Part shown: positions 1 to 8,881 of the stretch, one piece after another
Position numbering within the stretch: the first letter of the stretch is position 1
Layout: every line of letters starts with the position of its first letter
Virus record (IMG/VR): IMGVR_UViG_3300021426_000063
Span: 96,001-160,000 of that record
Length of the DNA stretch: 64,000 nucleotides
Origin: a virus
Lineage: Duplodnaviria > Caudoviricetes
Strand: one strand, 5' to 3'
Notes under the pieces: generated by a model
What the model was told of the DNA's origin: nothing
Seen by the model: only the letters and a program-made list of their open reading frames with translations
The model's database searches: none
Translations under genes and position numbers: made by a program

Positions 1-500
1 GCAGAAACCTTGTCTTCAAGTTTGTTCATTGAAGAGTTGGTAACAACAGAAGTCTTTGGTGTAGGAACACCTGCTGCTTTGAGCTTCTTATAAGTGATGA
101 ACTTATCTTCACAGTTGTCAATTGCTTCAAGGGTGTTCAATACAAAGAATCCATCATTCTGGAGTTCTGTAAGGAAATCCCTTGACTCAATGTTCTTCAA
201 AACTGTTCTTCTTGGAACAATGATAGTGTTATTTGGGTTGAGGGTGAAGGTCTTTTTAGTTTCACCATTCTCAACCACATTATAATTATCATCAGCACCC
301 TTTGAGATAGTTGAAGAAGAAGGATCAATAGTAACCATATTCAATCCTGCTTTCCTTGCAGCATCCTCAAAGAAAAACATTGAATTAGAACTCTTTGTAG
401 TCTTTTCTGCCCTTGATGACAAGAAAACAACCTGGATGTTCTTTGCCTTCTTACTCTCATTAAGAGGTGCATATCCTTTACTTGAATATTTCATAATCAT
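1..500 (-). CDS. RimK-like ATP-grasp ligase (partial, runs off window start)
   Basis: Not in ORF track; manual translation MIMKYSSKGYAPLNESKKAK...FFVLNTLEAIDNCEDKFITYKKLKAAGVPTPKT matches the RimK N-terminal pattern N..AI..C.DK..T...L..AGVPTPKT; late promoter at 523-531. Confidence 0.75.
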   Translation of the reverse strand, partial: MIMKYSSKGYAPLNESKKAKNIQVVFLSSRAEKTTKSSNSMFFFEDAARKAGLNMVTIDPSSSTISKGADDNYNVVENGETKKTFTLNPNNTIIVPRRTVLKNIESRDFLTELQNDGFFVLNTLEAIDNCEDKFITYKKLKAAGVPTPKTSVVTNSSMNKLEDKVS

Positions 501-522
501 TATCTATATGTTTTCAATATAG

Positions 523-531
523 TATTTATGA
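523..531 (-). promoter_or_regulatory. Putative late promoter TCATAAATA
   Basis: Recurrent motif resembling T4 late promoter TATAAATA, ~25 nt upstream of the RimK-like gene. Confidence 0.7.
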
Positions 532-533
532 AA

Positions 534-560
534 AAAGAGTGAGACTGAATCCCACTCTTT
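534..560 (-). terminator. Intrinsic terminator hairpin
   Basis: aaagagtgaga...tcccactcttt stem flanked by A/T tracts. Confidence 0.55.
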
Positions 561-858
561 ATTGAAGTAAATTGTTTTCTTTACAATATTCTAAAAACTG
601 TTCCTTATCCATAATTTGTGTCTCAAGTTCAGGTCCATAATCAAACTCATCCAACACTTCCTGTTCTGAATTCATTATCCCCCTCACATCAAGATACTTA
701 CCATTCCTGATAAGACCACAATGAACAAGAGCATAATCTTCAATATCATAATCATAATCAGTCATCACAAATATCTTATCACCAGGTCTATAGTTATCAA
801 GAACCCACTGATGACACTGACCATGAAGGTATTCATCATATGACAGTATATTATTCAT
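559..858 (-). CDS. Hypothetical protein, possible Cys-His-Asp (papain/transglutaminase-like) fold
   Basis: 99-aa ORF; GQCHQW...LVHCG...YLDVRG; leader NILSYDEYL. Confidence 0.55.
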   Translation of the reverse strand: MNNILSYDEYLHGQCHQWVLDNYRPGDKIFVMTDYDYDIEDYALVHCGLIRNGKYLDVRGIMNSEQEVLDEFDYGPELETQIMDKEQFLEYCKENNLLQ

Positions 859-1703
859 TAAAAGAAATCTCCTCTACTTACTCCATAGTAGTTATAATAA
901 TCTTTTATCTCTCCTTCAATGTCTTCCTTTTCATATTCATTATACAATCCCTCCCAAAACTCTTTTCCAAAATCAGGATCTTCAATGAACTCCTTTACAT
1001 CAAAACAATCATCATCATTACATACTACAATCTCAGTAGGTGTGAATATAGCATCAAAAAGTTCAACACCATATTTTACAATAGGTTCATATGATGAAAC
1101 CTTATAATCTATGACAATAGTATAATTTTGATCATTGAAATCAACATCAAACTCATAAGTTAATGTCTTATTACTATCTGGTTCTATTTCACCAGCATTC
1201 TCATCAATATTACTTTCAAAATATGACCTGATTAGTTTTGTAAATTCTTCAACATCACCAAGATTGCTCTTGAATTCTGTAAGACATCTACTGTGTATAA
1301 GTTCATCCTCCTTATCTCTCAAATGCTTTACAGCACTATCCTCTGCATACTTTGGACTATCATTGAATTCATTACCAGGGTGTCTTTCATCCCTTCTTTT
1401 CTTGAATTCCTTTTGGAAGTCATCATCCTTTGCATAATAACTCAATGTCTCTATATTACCAAGGACAAGATAAGAACCATCTTCAAGTTTTATATGATAA
1501 TGTGGTGTATCATTATCCTTGAAATTATCCAATTCATTATAATCTAATGCAACACCAAGGATTTCAGAATCATCCAAGTCATATAAAAACACATTATCAG
1601 CAGAATATTCTGGCATACCATGCTGTTGAAGTATGTCTTTCAATTTACTACTTTTAAAACTCTCATTCAAAAGTGTATATTCTTCAAATTTAAATACTTT
1701 CAT
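858..1703 (-). CDS. Hypothetical acidic protein with capsid-targeting-like leader
   Basis: 281-aa ORF starting MKVFKFEEYTLLNES; abuts the next gene. Confidence 0.65.
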   Translation of the reverse strand: MKVFKFEEYTLLNESFKSSKLKDILQQHGMPEYSADNVFLYDLDDSEILGVALDYNELDNFKDNDTPHYHIKLEDGSYLVLGNIETLSYYAKDDDFQKEFKKRRDERHPGNEFNDSPKYAEDSAVKHLRDKEDELIHSRCLTEFKSNLGDVEEFTKLIRSYFESNIDENAGEIEPDSNKTLTYEFDVDFNDQNYTIVIDYKVSSYEPIVKYGVELFDAIFTPTEIVVCNDDDCFDVKEFIEDPDFGKEFWEGLYNEYEKEDIEGEIKDYYNYYGVSRGDFF

Positions 1704-1718
1704 ATCTATATTAAGTTA

Positions 1719-4130
1719 TTATATTCTATTTATATTATTATATGTCCTGTCAACATAATCTCTGAAATCATCTACATAATCATAAACCTTTGCATTTGGA
1801 GAATGTACACAAGGTTCATCTTCCTTTCTGAACTTCTTGGCCTTCTTCTTTTTCTTCTTAATCTGTTTCAGGAATGTTGTATAAGGGGCAACCTGATGAT
1901 AGACTATTCCAGTTGGAGATGGAAGGTCACCAGATCCAGGTTCACCATTGGGACCTGGGAAATAAGCAGCACCCATTCCACCAACATTGGCAGGGGTTGC
2001 TCCACCTGGGACACCATCACATTCAACAATCTTCTTACCATCCATAACACCAGGTGAAAAGATTCTTTTCTTTATATATGTATCCATATCTAATCTATCC
2101 CAATTTTTCTTGATGTATTCAATTATCTTATCATAATCTCCAACATTTGTGAACAAATTCTCATCCCTTCTTTTTTCAATATACTTTATAAGACCTTCAC
2201 AATCATTCTCCTTTCTACAAGATGGTGGTGGAGGAACAATATGATTTTGTATATAATGTGCTCTTTCTCTCCTACAATACATCAATGTAAATTGATTTAA
2301 TGAATTAATCTCCTTATCAGAAAGAATTTCATCTTCAATTCTGTTATCTTCACCAGAACCCCTTCTCATCATATCTCCCCAGGCAGATTCATTCATACCA
2401 TTTTCCTTTTCTTTTTCTTCTTCTTTAATAAATCCCTCAATATCTTTCTCAATATCATCAGTCCAATGACTGTCTATGTATTTGATGATATTCACAATAT
2501 TTATATCCTCATTGAATTTGAGATGTTCCCTAACACATTTACAAAACTTCTCCCTGCTGAACTTCTCATTATCCCAAACAACCCTTATTGCAAATTCATT
2601 CATAGAATCTACAATAGCATCCATATCTGTTTGAGTTATCTCATCCTCTTTCCTTATCTGTTCACCAGAACCCCTTCTCATCATATCTCCCCAGGCAGAT
2701 TCATTGACACCTTTCTCCTTAAGATATGTTTCTATCTGTGTTTCAAAATCACTATCATTCCACATATCATCAGGATCATAATACTTCTCTTCATCAGTAA
2801 GAACCTGATTTATTTCATACATCAAATCATCCTTATATGGGTATGAATCCCACCAATCATTAAGTGTTTTTTCTATTGATTTTCCGGGTTCTTTTACAAA
2901 TCCAAGTTTTTTAATTTTTTCTTCCTCTTTGTTTATTTCTTCATTGACTTGTGATTCATAATTCTTACCTTTATTCCAATTTGCCTCAACATATATTACA
3001 ATATCTTTAACCATTTTCTTACCAACATTCTCATGAGTTTTTGAATCATACATATTATTCTTATAACTCTTACTCATAAACTCTTTGAAGTCATCAATAG
3101 AATTCTTATACAAATCCTCATATACAATTTTTTTGGCAAAACATCTAATATCAGCTTTAACACTATTAAGAAAACCTGTATCTTCTCCCCTAACTTCCTC
3201 ACCAGAACCTCTCCTCATCATATCACCCCAGGCAGATTCATTCATATTATTTTTCCTTTTGATTTGTTTTTCTAATGGTTTCTCTACCCTATCCAAAATA
3301 AAATCAAGAACTTCAATGAAGAAACTATTTGACATAGAGACTTCTGCTTGATTTTTTGGATATATGTTTACATTCTCAACCCCAAATCTATTGGTTTTTA
3401 ATTGTATCAAATATTTTTGTTTTAATTCCCTCTCACAATCAAGTAACTCAAAGACATTCTTTTGTGTTGTAATATGAGATTCATCATAGTACAAATAACT
3501 TAAATATCCAGCAGTATCTTCAAAAAGACAAATAGTCAAATAACCTTCATCAACATATATAGTAGCATCATATGGTGCTATACTTTCATAATTTGACCTC
3601 AAATAATCACATAGTTCTTCAAGTCCAAAGTTATTTATATCATCTTCTTCCCTGATTTCTTCACCAGAACCTCTTCTCATCATATCACCCCAGGCTGATT
3701 CAGTCACAAGTATATTATCAATATTATCTAAAAAGAAATCAATGACATCTATATATGTCTGATTTGTACAAGTACCATCTTTTTCTTTTATAATCCTTCT
3801 ATTTACACTAGGATTTTCTACTTTAAACCTTTCTGATAATTTATCAAAGAAAGACATACTTATTTTTTCTTTTGACCAGGATAATAAAACATGAAGTAAT
3901 CCACCATTACCATCAGGTTTTAAGATTAATGATATATTAGTTAATACATCAACATAAATTTCATTATACCAAGTCTTGTCTAAATAAAATACTTTCTTAT
4001 CATACCTGGATTTAATATAATCATAAAGACCATCCAAATCAAGAAGATTCACACCATCCTCTGTTCTGATGTTTTCACCAGAACCTCTTCTCATCATATC
4101 ACCCCAGGCTGATTCACTAATCTTTCTCAT
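1719..4130 (-). CDS. Putative polyprotein of internal virion proteins with five ESAWGDMMRRGSGE motifs
   Basis: 803-aa ORF with motif at 4074-4115, 3660-3701, 3198-3239, 2661-2702, 2349-2390; late promoter at 4136-4144. Confidence 0.75.
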   Translation of the reverse strand: MRKISESAWGDMMRRGSGENIRTEDGVNLLDLDGLYDYIKSRYDKKVFYLDKTWYNEIYVDVLTNISLILKPDGNGGLLHVLLSWSKEKISMSFFDKLSERFKVENPSVNRRIIKEKDGTCTNQTYIDVIDFFLDNIDNILVTESAWGDMMRRGSGEEIREEDDINNFGLEELCDYLRSNYESIAPYDATIYVDEGYLTICLFEDTAGYLSYLYYDESHITTQKNVFELLDCERELKQKYLIQLKTNRFGVENVNIYPKNQAEVSMSNSFFIEVLDFILDRVEKPLEKQIKRKNNMNESAWGDMMRRGSGEEVRGEDTGFLNSVKADIRCFAKKIVYEDLYKNSIDDFKEFMSKSYKNNMYDSKTHENVGKKMVKDIVIYVEANWNKGKNYESQVNEEINKEEEKIKKLGFVKEPGKSIEKTLNDWWDSYPYKDDLMYEINQVLTDEEKYYDPDDMWNDSDFETQIETYLKEKGVNESAWGDMMRRGSGEQIRKEDEITQTDMDAIVDSMNEFAIRVVWDNEKFSREKFCKCVREHLKFNEDINIVNIIKYIDSHWTDDIEKDIEGFIKEEEKEKENGMNESAWGDMMRRGSGEDNRIEDEILSDKEINSLNQFTLMYCRRERAHYIQNHIVPPPPSCRKENDCEGLIKYIEKRRDENLFTNVGDYDKIIEYIKKNWDRLDMDTYIKKRIFSPGVMDGKKIVECDGVPGGATPANVGGMGAAYFPGPNGEPGSGDLPSPTGIVYHQVAPYTTFLKQIKKKKKKAKKFRKEDEPCVHSPNAKVYDYVDDFRDYVDRTYNNINRI
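2349..4115 (-). repeat. Five dispersed in-frame 42-bp repeats encoding ESAWGDMMRRGSGE
   Basis: GAATCNGCCTGGGGWGATATGATGAGRAGRGGTTCTGGTGAR read directly; spacings 414, 462, 537 and 312 nt. Confidence 0.95.
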
Positions 4131-4135
4131 ACTAG

Positions 4136-4144
4136 TATTTATGA
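4136..4144 (-). promoter_or_regulatory. Putative late promoter TCATAAATA
   Basis: Motif immediately upstream of ATG 4130, next to a terminator hairpin (~4146-4174). Confidence 0.7.
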
Positions 4145-4159
4145 AAAAAGGTGGGGAAA

Positions 4160-5026
4160 TTACTCCTCACCTTTCAGGATTTTATCCAATGTATTGTCTG
4201 GGATTTTGTCTATATAAATCTTCTCATAAGTACCATCATCCTTCAACCAGACAAGAACTCTATCTATAATCTTTATACCTATTGATTCAAGCATCCTCTG
4301 GTAGATATTGAACTGTAATGTATAGTGCGAAAGCGGTTCATCAATAAACTTTGACATACATCCTGTCATCATAACACCATTGGTTCTTGAAAATTCCTTT
4401 ATCAAAGACTTGTTTGTTTTCCAGTCTCCAATGACATATCCATCCTTATCGCTGTCATAGAAAAGAAGGTCACAGGTACCACAAATCTTTTCTGCCCATT
4501 CCAAATACTGTGTTGACAACTTGAACTCTGCTCCAACAGGATGGAGGTTCTTCTCCAGTTCATCATAGAACTTCTTCACAGCATCCTCCTTTGGATAGGT
4601 AGAAACCATTGTGTTATACTCCTCAATGTACTGTGGTTTGTTCTGCTCACAGATAAGTTCAGGATGACCACACAACAGATTGGTATAAGATTCTCCAAAC
4701 TCATGTGTCCTGGTACCAGAGATTGTTGCTTTCAGGTTATTGAGTTTCCAATCCCTCTGTACATCCTCTTTCCTCTTACCCCATTTGAGTGCATAATCTG
4801 TGGCCTTCTGTTCCCAGTCAACAACTGGTTCATACCTTTTTATAACATTACTTACAGGAATATATTCATCTTCACCAATGAAATACTGATGCCCTTCTTC
4901 AAGAAACTTGATATTACCAAACTTGTTTCCTATCAAATCCCTACATTCATTGACCTTATTATTCACAAGGTTCTTATCTATCACCTTCTTTTCAAAGGAG
5001 TTATTGAAAATATCATCAAAATCCAT
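4160..5026 (-). CDS. PD-(D/E)XK (Cas4/RecB-like) exonuclease
   Basis: GTRTHEFGE...EFKL...ICGTCDLL...IGDWKTN...YTLQFNIY; ATG start at 5026 preferred. Confidence 0.75.
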   Translation of the reverse strand: MDFDDIFNNSFEKKVIDKNLVNNKVNECRDLIGNKFGNIKFLEEGHQYFIGEDEYIPVSNVIKRYEPVVDWEQKATDYALKWGKRKEDVQRDWKLNNLKATISGTRTHEFGESYTNLLCGHPELICEQNKPQYIEEYNTMVSTYPKEDAVKKFYDELEKNLHPVGAEFKLSTQYLEWAEKICGTCDLLFYDSDKDGYVIGDWKTNKSLIKEFSRTNGVMMTGCMSKFIDEPLSHYTLQFNIYQRMLESIGIKIIDRVLVWLKDDGTYEKIYIDKIPDNTLDKILKGEE

Positions 5027-5030
5027 ATCC

Positions 5031-5300
5031 CTACAATTTACCAATTATCATTTCAGGAGTAATAACAACATACTCCACATCTTCAACCTTCATATAGATA
5101 CCTCCCATATCAGCAAAGGCAATGTGGTCTCCTTTCTTCCATTCATTTTCAAGGCCAACACTGTCGATCACACCAGTATATGGTTCTGGTATCTCATATA
5201 CATTCTTTGATTGCTGTTCAGGAAGAATCAAAGGAGAATTCTTCTCATCCTTATCCTTCACCAAAATAACAACATCATTTACTGCCTGGAACTTTATCAT
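5031..5300 (-). CDS. GroES-like co-chaperonin
   Basis: 89 aa; FQAVNDVVILV...LILPE...GVIDSVG...KKGDHI...VEYVVI..EMIIG matches the Cpn10 pattern. Confidence 0.75.
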   Translation of the reverse strand: MIKFQAVNDVVILVKDKDEKNSPLILPEQQSKNVYEIPEPYTGVIDSVGLENEWKKGDHIAFADMGGIYMKVEDVEYVVITPEMIIGKL

Positions 5301-6358
5301 AATCTGTCTCTATATTCAATCATTTTCTCCTGTACACTCTTCAACATCTCTTCTGTCAAATCCTGCTTTTGAAGAAAATCTTCCATATATTCATCACTAC
5401 TCTTGGCATCATTAAAATTAAATTCCCCGGTTGTATCCAGTTCCTGCATCACATTATCACCAATGGGTTGAAAACTTCTGTAACTACCCTTCAATATGGA
5501 ACATAAATCATCAAAATTACACTTTGTGATGTCACTGTTCTTCATATGAAGTTCAATCCTGTTGTTCTTCCACCTTTCTTTCAGTTCACCAACAGTCATA
5601 TTAAGAATATCATAAATGTTCTCCTTCATATATTTTGGTGTTACTGTGTTCTCAATGAACCTTGTTTCACCAGTCTTGATGTCAAGTACAGTTATACCCT
5701 TTGGATTATCCCTATCACCCCTATCCTTATGATAAGGATTTCCAATATAATGAATGTTCTTATTATCCTGTCTGATGTGGATGTGACCAGCATAAACCTG
5801 TGCAGTCTTAAAGTCTCCACCCTGAACACCACCAGAAACATTGATTTTTACACCAGACCTGTTAGATACCTGTGAACCATTGATTTCAAGATGACCAAAG
5901 ATATAATCCACATTCACCCCAGCAAGTATCTGCTTCTCCTTTTCTGGATCCTCCACCCAGGGGTTGAAAAGACAGGATTTTCCATCAATCACATCTACTT
6001 CCGGTGTATAATACACCTTCACATGTGGGATATACTTCAACATATTGATGGAAGTGATGTCATTGATAGACTTCTTCATAATATCATGGTTACCAACAGT
6101 TATCCTGATGTCATTGAAGATTGCAGAAAATTCTTCAAAAAGTTTGATTGTTCTGTATATGGTATTCAATCCAATAGTAGAACGGTTGTCAAACACATCA
6201 CCACAATGAATGAGAATATCTTCCTTCCCTGCTTCCTTCTTCATAAGAGGTATGACAACATCTTCAAAGTAACCTATATAATCATTAAGCCACTCTTCCT
6301 CATCACCCTTATATCCAAAGTGAGTATCTGCTATAAGCCAAATCTTTCTATTTCCCAT
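5297..6358 (-). CDS. Recombination endonuclease subunit (T4 gp47/Mre11/SbcD-like)
   Basis: Metallophosphoesterase motifs ADTHFG, GDVFDNR, VGNHD, FGHLE, AGHIH. Confidence 0.85.
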   Translation of the reverse strand: MGNRKIWLIADTHFGYKGDEEEWLNDYIGYFEDVVIPLMKKEAGKEDILIHCGDVFDNRSTIGLNTIYRTIKLFEEFSAIFNDIRITVGNHDIMKKSINDITSINMLKYIPHVKVYYTPEVDVIDGKSCLFNPWVEDPEKEKQILAGVNVDYIFGHLEINGSQVSNRSGVKINVSGGVQGGDFKTAQVYAGHIHIRQDNKNIHYIGNPYHKDRGDRDNPKGITVLDIKTGETRFIENTVTPKYMKENIYDILNMTVGELKERWKNNRIELHMKNSDITKCNFDDLCSILKGSYRSFQPIGDNVMQELDTTGEFNFNDAKSSDEYMEDFLQKQDLTEEMLKSVQEKMIEYRDRL

Positions 6359-6364
6359 ACAATA

Positions 6365-6375
6365 AATATAACAAC
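6365..6375 (-). promoter_or_regulatory. Putative middle promoter (variant GTTGTTATATT)
   Basis: Variant of the recurrent TTTGTTATATT motif, upstream of the gp47-like gene. Confidence 0.55.
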
Positions 6376-6404
6376 AAAGGTGGTAAATTAATCACCACCT
6401 TTGT
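6374..6404. terminator. Hairpin terminator
   Basis: acaaaggtggt-aaattaatc-accacctttgt inverted repeat. Confidence 0.6.
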
Positions 6405-6406
6405 AA

Positions 6407-6676
6407 TTATTCATTGTTTAACTGTAATCTATCAAGTTCAGCTGCAATAAATGCTCCAACTTTCTTGAGGTTTTCAACATCTCCATCATTATGAAAATAC
6501 TTCAAATCAAATGGCCAATCAGATGTTGATTCACAACCCATTGCAGCCTTTAAATAAGTAAGTGCTGCCCTGAGTAATTCATTGTTCTGATATCCACAAT
6601 CATGTTGAGGAGTATATCCATGCTTGGAAATCTGCTTCTCCCTCTCCTCTGCAATAAGTTCAATACCTGTCTTCAT
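6407..6676 (-). CDS. Conserved phage hypothetical protein
   Basis: IAEEREKQISKHGYTPQHD...GAFIAAELDRL resembles a widespread small phage protein family. Confidence 0.65.
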   Translation of the reverse strand: MKTGIELIAEEREKQISKHGYTPQHDCGYQNNELLRAALTYLKAAMGCESTSDWPFDLKYFHNDGDVENLKKVGAFIAAELDRLQLNNE

Positions 6677-6682
6677 AATAAA

Positions 6683-7492
6683 TTAAATTAAACCCCATTC
6701 TGCAAAGGCCTCAAAGCCACCAATAGAGTCAATATATCCCTTGGCGACATTCACAATTTCAGAATATGGAATACCATTCACTTCAGTATCTCCAATAGCA
6801 CAGCAATAAGTCTGGGTCTTTCCAGTCCTCTGTGCCTCAAGGAAAGCATAGATGTTCACTGATACATCAGCCTTGGAGATGTCCTTACCATGGAGACCAC
6901 CACCAGTGACAGACCTACCCATATCAGAACCAAGTTTCCTGTTGGTTGCACCAGAATCTACATTAGGACCACCAGTCCAGTCACCAAGAGGATTCACAAT
7001 GACTGTATAATGAGGATAACTTGTCTCTAACCACTCTTTCAACATAGTAGAATCAGCATTACTCTGACAAATAATAATCTTATTGTTCTTCTCATCCAGG
7101 ATGTATTTACCATCAGTAGGATATGCATTATAGATGTCCTGTGCAATCTGACTGAGTTCCATTTCCTCACCATCAAGAGGTTCACCCTTAAAGATACCAT
7201 TGTCACCACAACGGATTGCACCATCCTGGTTTTCAGCAAGATGAACATCCTGTGGAACAGCAAGAAGGTTTACTTTCAAACCATCACCAGCAATCCTCTT
7301 GACAATAGGTTCAACATTCTCATTAGTGAATTCAAAACTTGACTCTGTAATGATAGTACAGAGACCATGTCCAATAAGCACTTCAACAGCAACCTTTGGA
7401 GTTTCCTGATTGGCATATGCAAGGTCAACAAGAGCACCAGCAATCCTGTCCGCTACTTTATCAGGATGATTAGGATTAACTTTTTCAAACAT
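6683..7492 (-). CDS. metK: S-adenosylmethionine synthetase (compact phage type)
   Basis: EKVNPNHPDKVADRIA, GDNG, DSGATNRKL, GGGLHGKDISKAD motifs. Confidence 0.9.
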   Translation of the reverse strand: MFEKVNPNHPDKVADRIAGALVDLAYANQETPKVAVEVLIGHGLCTIITESSFEFTNENVEPIVKRIAGDGLKVNLLAVPQDVHLAENQDGAIRCGDNGIFKGEPLDGEEMELSQIAQDIYNAYPTDGKYILDEKNNKIIICQSNADSTMLKEWLETSYPHYTVIVNPLGDWTGGPNVDSGATNRKLGSDMGRSVTGGGLHGKDISKADVSVNIYAFLEAQRTGKTQTYCCAIGDTEVNGIPYSEIVNVAKGYIDSIGGFEAFAEWGLI

Positions 7493-7532
7493 ACTATATA
7501 AGATTAAAAATTAACATTCTTTTACAATCTTA

Positions 7533-7555
7533 AATATAACAAAACCTCATAAATA
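7533..7555. promoter_or_regulatory. Divergent promoters: TTTGTTATATT (- strand, metK) and TCATAAATA (+ strand, SAWGD cluster)
   Basis: aatataacaaa 7533-7543; tcataaata 7547-7555. Confidence 0.7.
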
Positions 7556-7577
7556 TTATATCACAATTTTTTAACAA

Positions 7578-8879
7578 ATGAAGAAATTAAGTAAAATAGA
7601 TGAATCCGCCTGGGGTGATATGATGAGAAGAGGTGCAGGAGAAACCAGAAGAAGAGAAGATGGTGTCAAGGTTCACACTTGTATTGATGTAGATATCTAT
7701 CTAATAAATGTTTCTGATTCTTATTATGAAGAACTCATAAAAGAAATCCTTGATTATAATAACAGTTCTGTTGAACATAAAGTTGCAATCTTGAATACTA
7801 TAGACAAGGCATATTCTACAGAAGAAATGAAAAATATCAGGGCATTTGAAGCTCCTTATACTTATCTAATCTATGATGGAGAACATGGTACAGACCTGAT
7901 TGCTGAATTCTGGACATATGATGAGATGAAAGACTTTGACTTGGATGACTTTGAAGACAGAGTACCTGAAGAAGATTATATATCAATCTGTAAAGGTATT
8001 GCAACCAAGTTGAAAGAAGTTGGTGGAGACATTGAATACCTACCAAGATTTAAAGGTAGTTTTATTGCAACAAAATCTAATAATATATCTGATTATGATA
8101 GTGATTATGTCTTACAGTTAATTGATGAATCAGATGTATATGATTGGGAAATACAATATACTGACAAATATGGTGAAGGAAGTACTGCCACCTGCTTGGA
8201 TGATTATAAAGAAAGTATGATTGACACATTCCCTGAATTAAATGATGTTGTTTTCATCACCTGGTCATTCAACAATTATGCTTGTAACATTGGTATCCCT
8301 ATCACAGCAACAACAGTGAAGAACTTCAAGAAATATAAAGAATATACTAAAAACTGGTTTACAGTAGATGAAATTGATGAATCTGCCTGGGGTAATATGA
8401 TGAGAAGAGGTTCTGGTGAAAAAGAAAGAAGAGAGGATATCATAAACTCCAATGTGAAAGATATAAAACCTGTTGACTTGGGATTATCTGTTCTCTGGGC
8501 AGACAAGGATCTTGAAATTAATGATGAGTATGAATTTACCATTGATGAGATTGCTGATTATACACCAGATGGATGGAGAAGACCAACACAAAAAGAGGCA
8601 GATGAATTATTACATAATACTAAAAAATCAGTAGACCAAGATTTATCTCCAAAAACATTTAAGAGAATCTTCAAATTATCAAACAATGGTGTTGATCTTT
8701 ATTTCAGTTGTAAAAATCTTAAAGAAAAAGCTGAATATTGGGAACTCGATAAAGGTAATATGGATAAATATTGGAATACATTTGTTCTTGAAGAATCTGG
8801 ATCATTTGTTGCACATTCAGCATATCAAATAGCAAAACCAGATGAAAAACATAGAGTGAGATTTGTTAGAGAAAAATAA
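7578..8879 (+). CDS. Two-module SAWGD-motif protein; C-terminal module DUF1566/CLec-like
   Basis: Motifs at 7602-7643 and 8379-8420; second module has PVDLGLSVLWA...WRRPTQKEADELL...VRFV. Confidence 0.75.
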   Translation: MKKLSKIDESAWGDMMRRGAGETRRREDGVKVHTCIDVDIYLINVSDSYYEELIKEILDYNNSSVEHKVAILNTIDKAYSTEEMKNIRAFEAPYTYLIYDGEHGTDLIAEFWTYDEMKDFDLDDFEDRVPEEDYISICKGIATKLKEVGGDIEYLPRFKGSFIATKSNNISDYDSDYVLQLIDESDVYDWEIQYTDKYGEGSTATCLDDYKESMIDTFPELNDVVFITWSFNNYACNIGIPITATTVKNFKKYKEYTKNWFTVDEIDESAWGNMMRRGSGEKERREDIINSNVKDIKPVDLGLSVLWADKDLEINDEYEFTIDEIADYTPDGWRRPTQKEADELLHNTKKSVDQDLSPKTFKRIFKLSNNGVDLYFSCKNLKEKAEYWELDKGNMDKYWNTFVLEESGSFVAHSAYQIAKPDEKHRVRFVREK

Positions 8880-8881
8880 GT

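Noticed and set aside
2349-4115. SAWGD repeats as a CRISPR array
   Set aside because: Spacings are 312-537 nt, all in frame, with synonymous variation; no cas operon. These are coding repeats.
4160-5026. Cas4 / CRISPR adaptation module
   Set aside because: No Fe-S cysteine cluster pattern, cas1/cas2 or array; a generic phage PD-(D/E)XK nuclease fits better.
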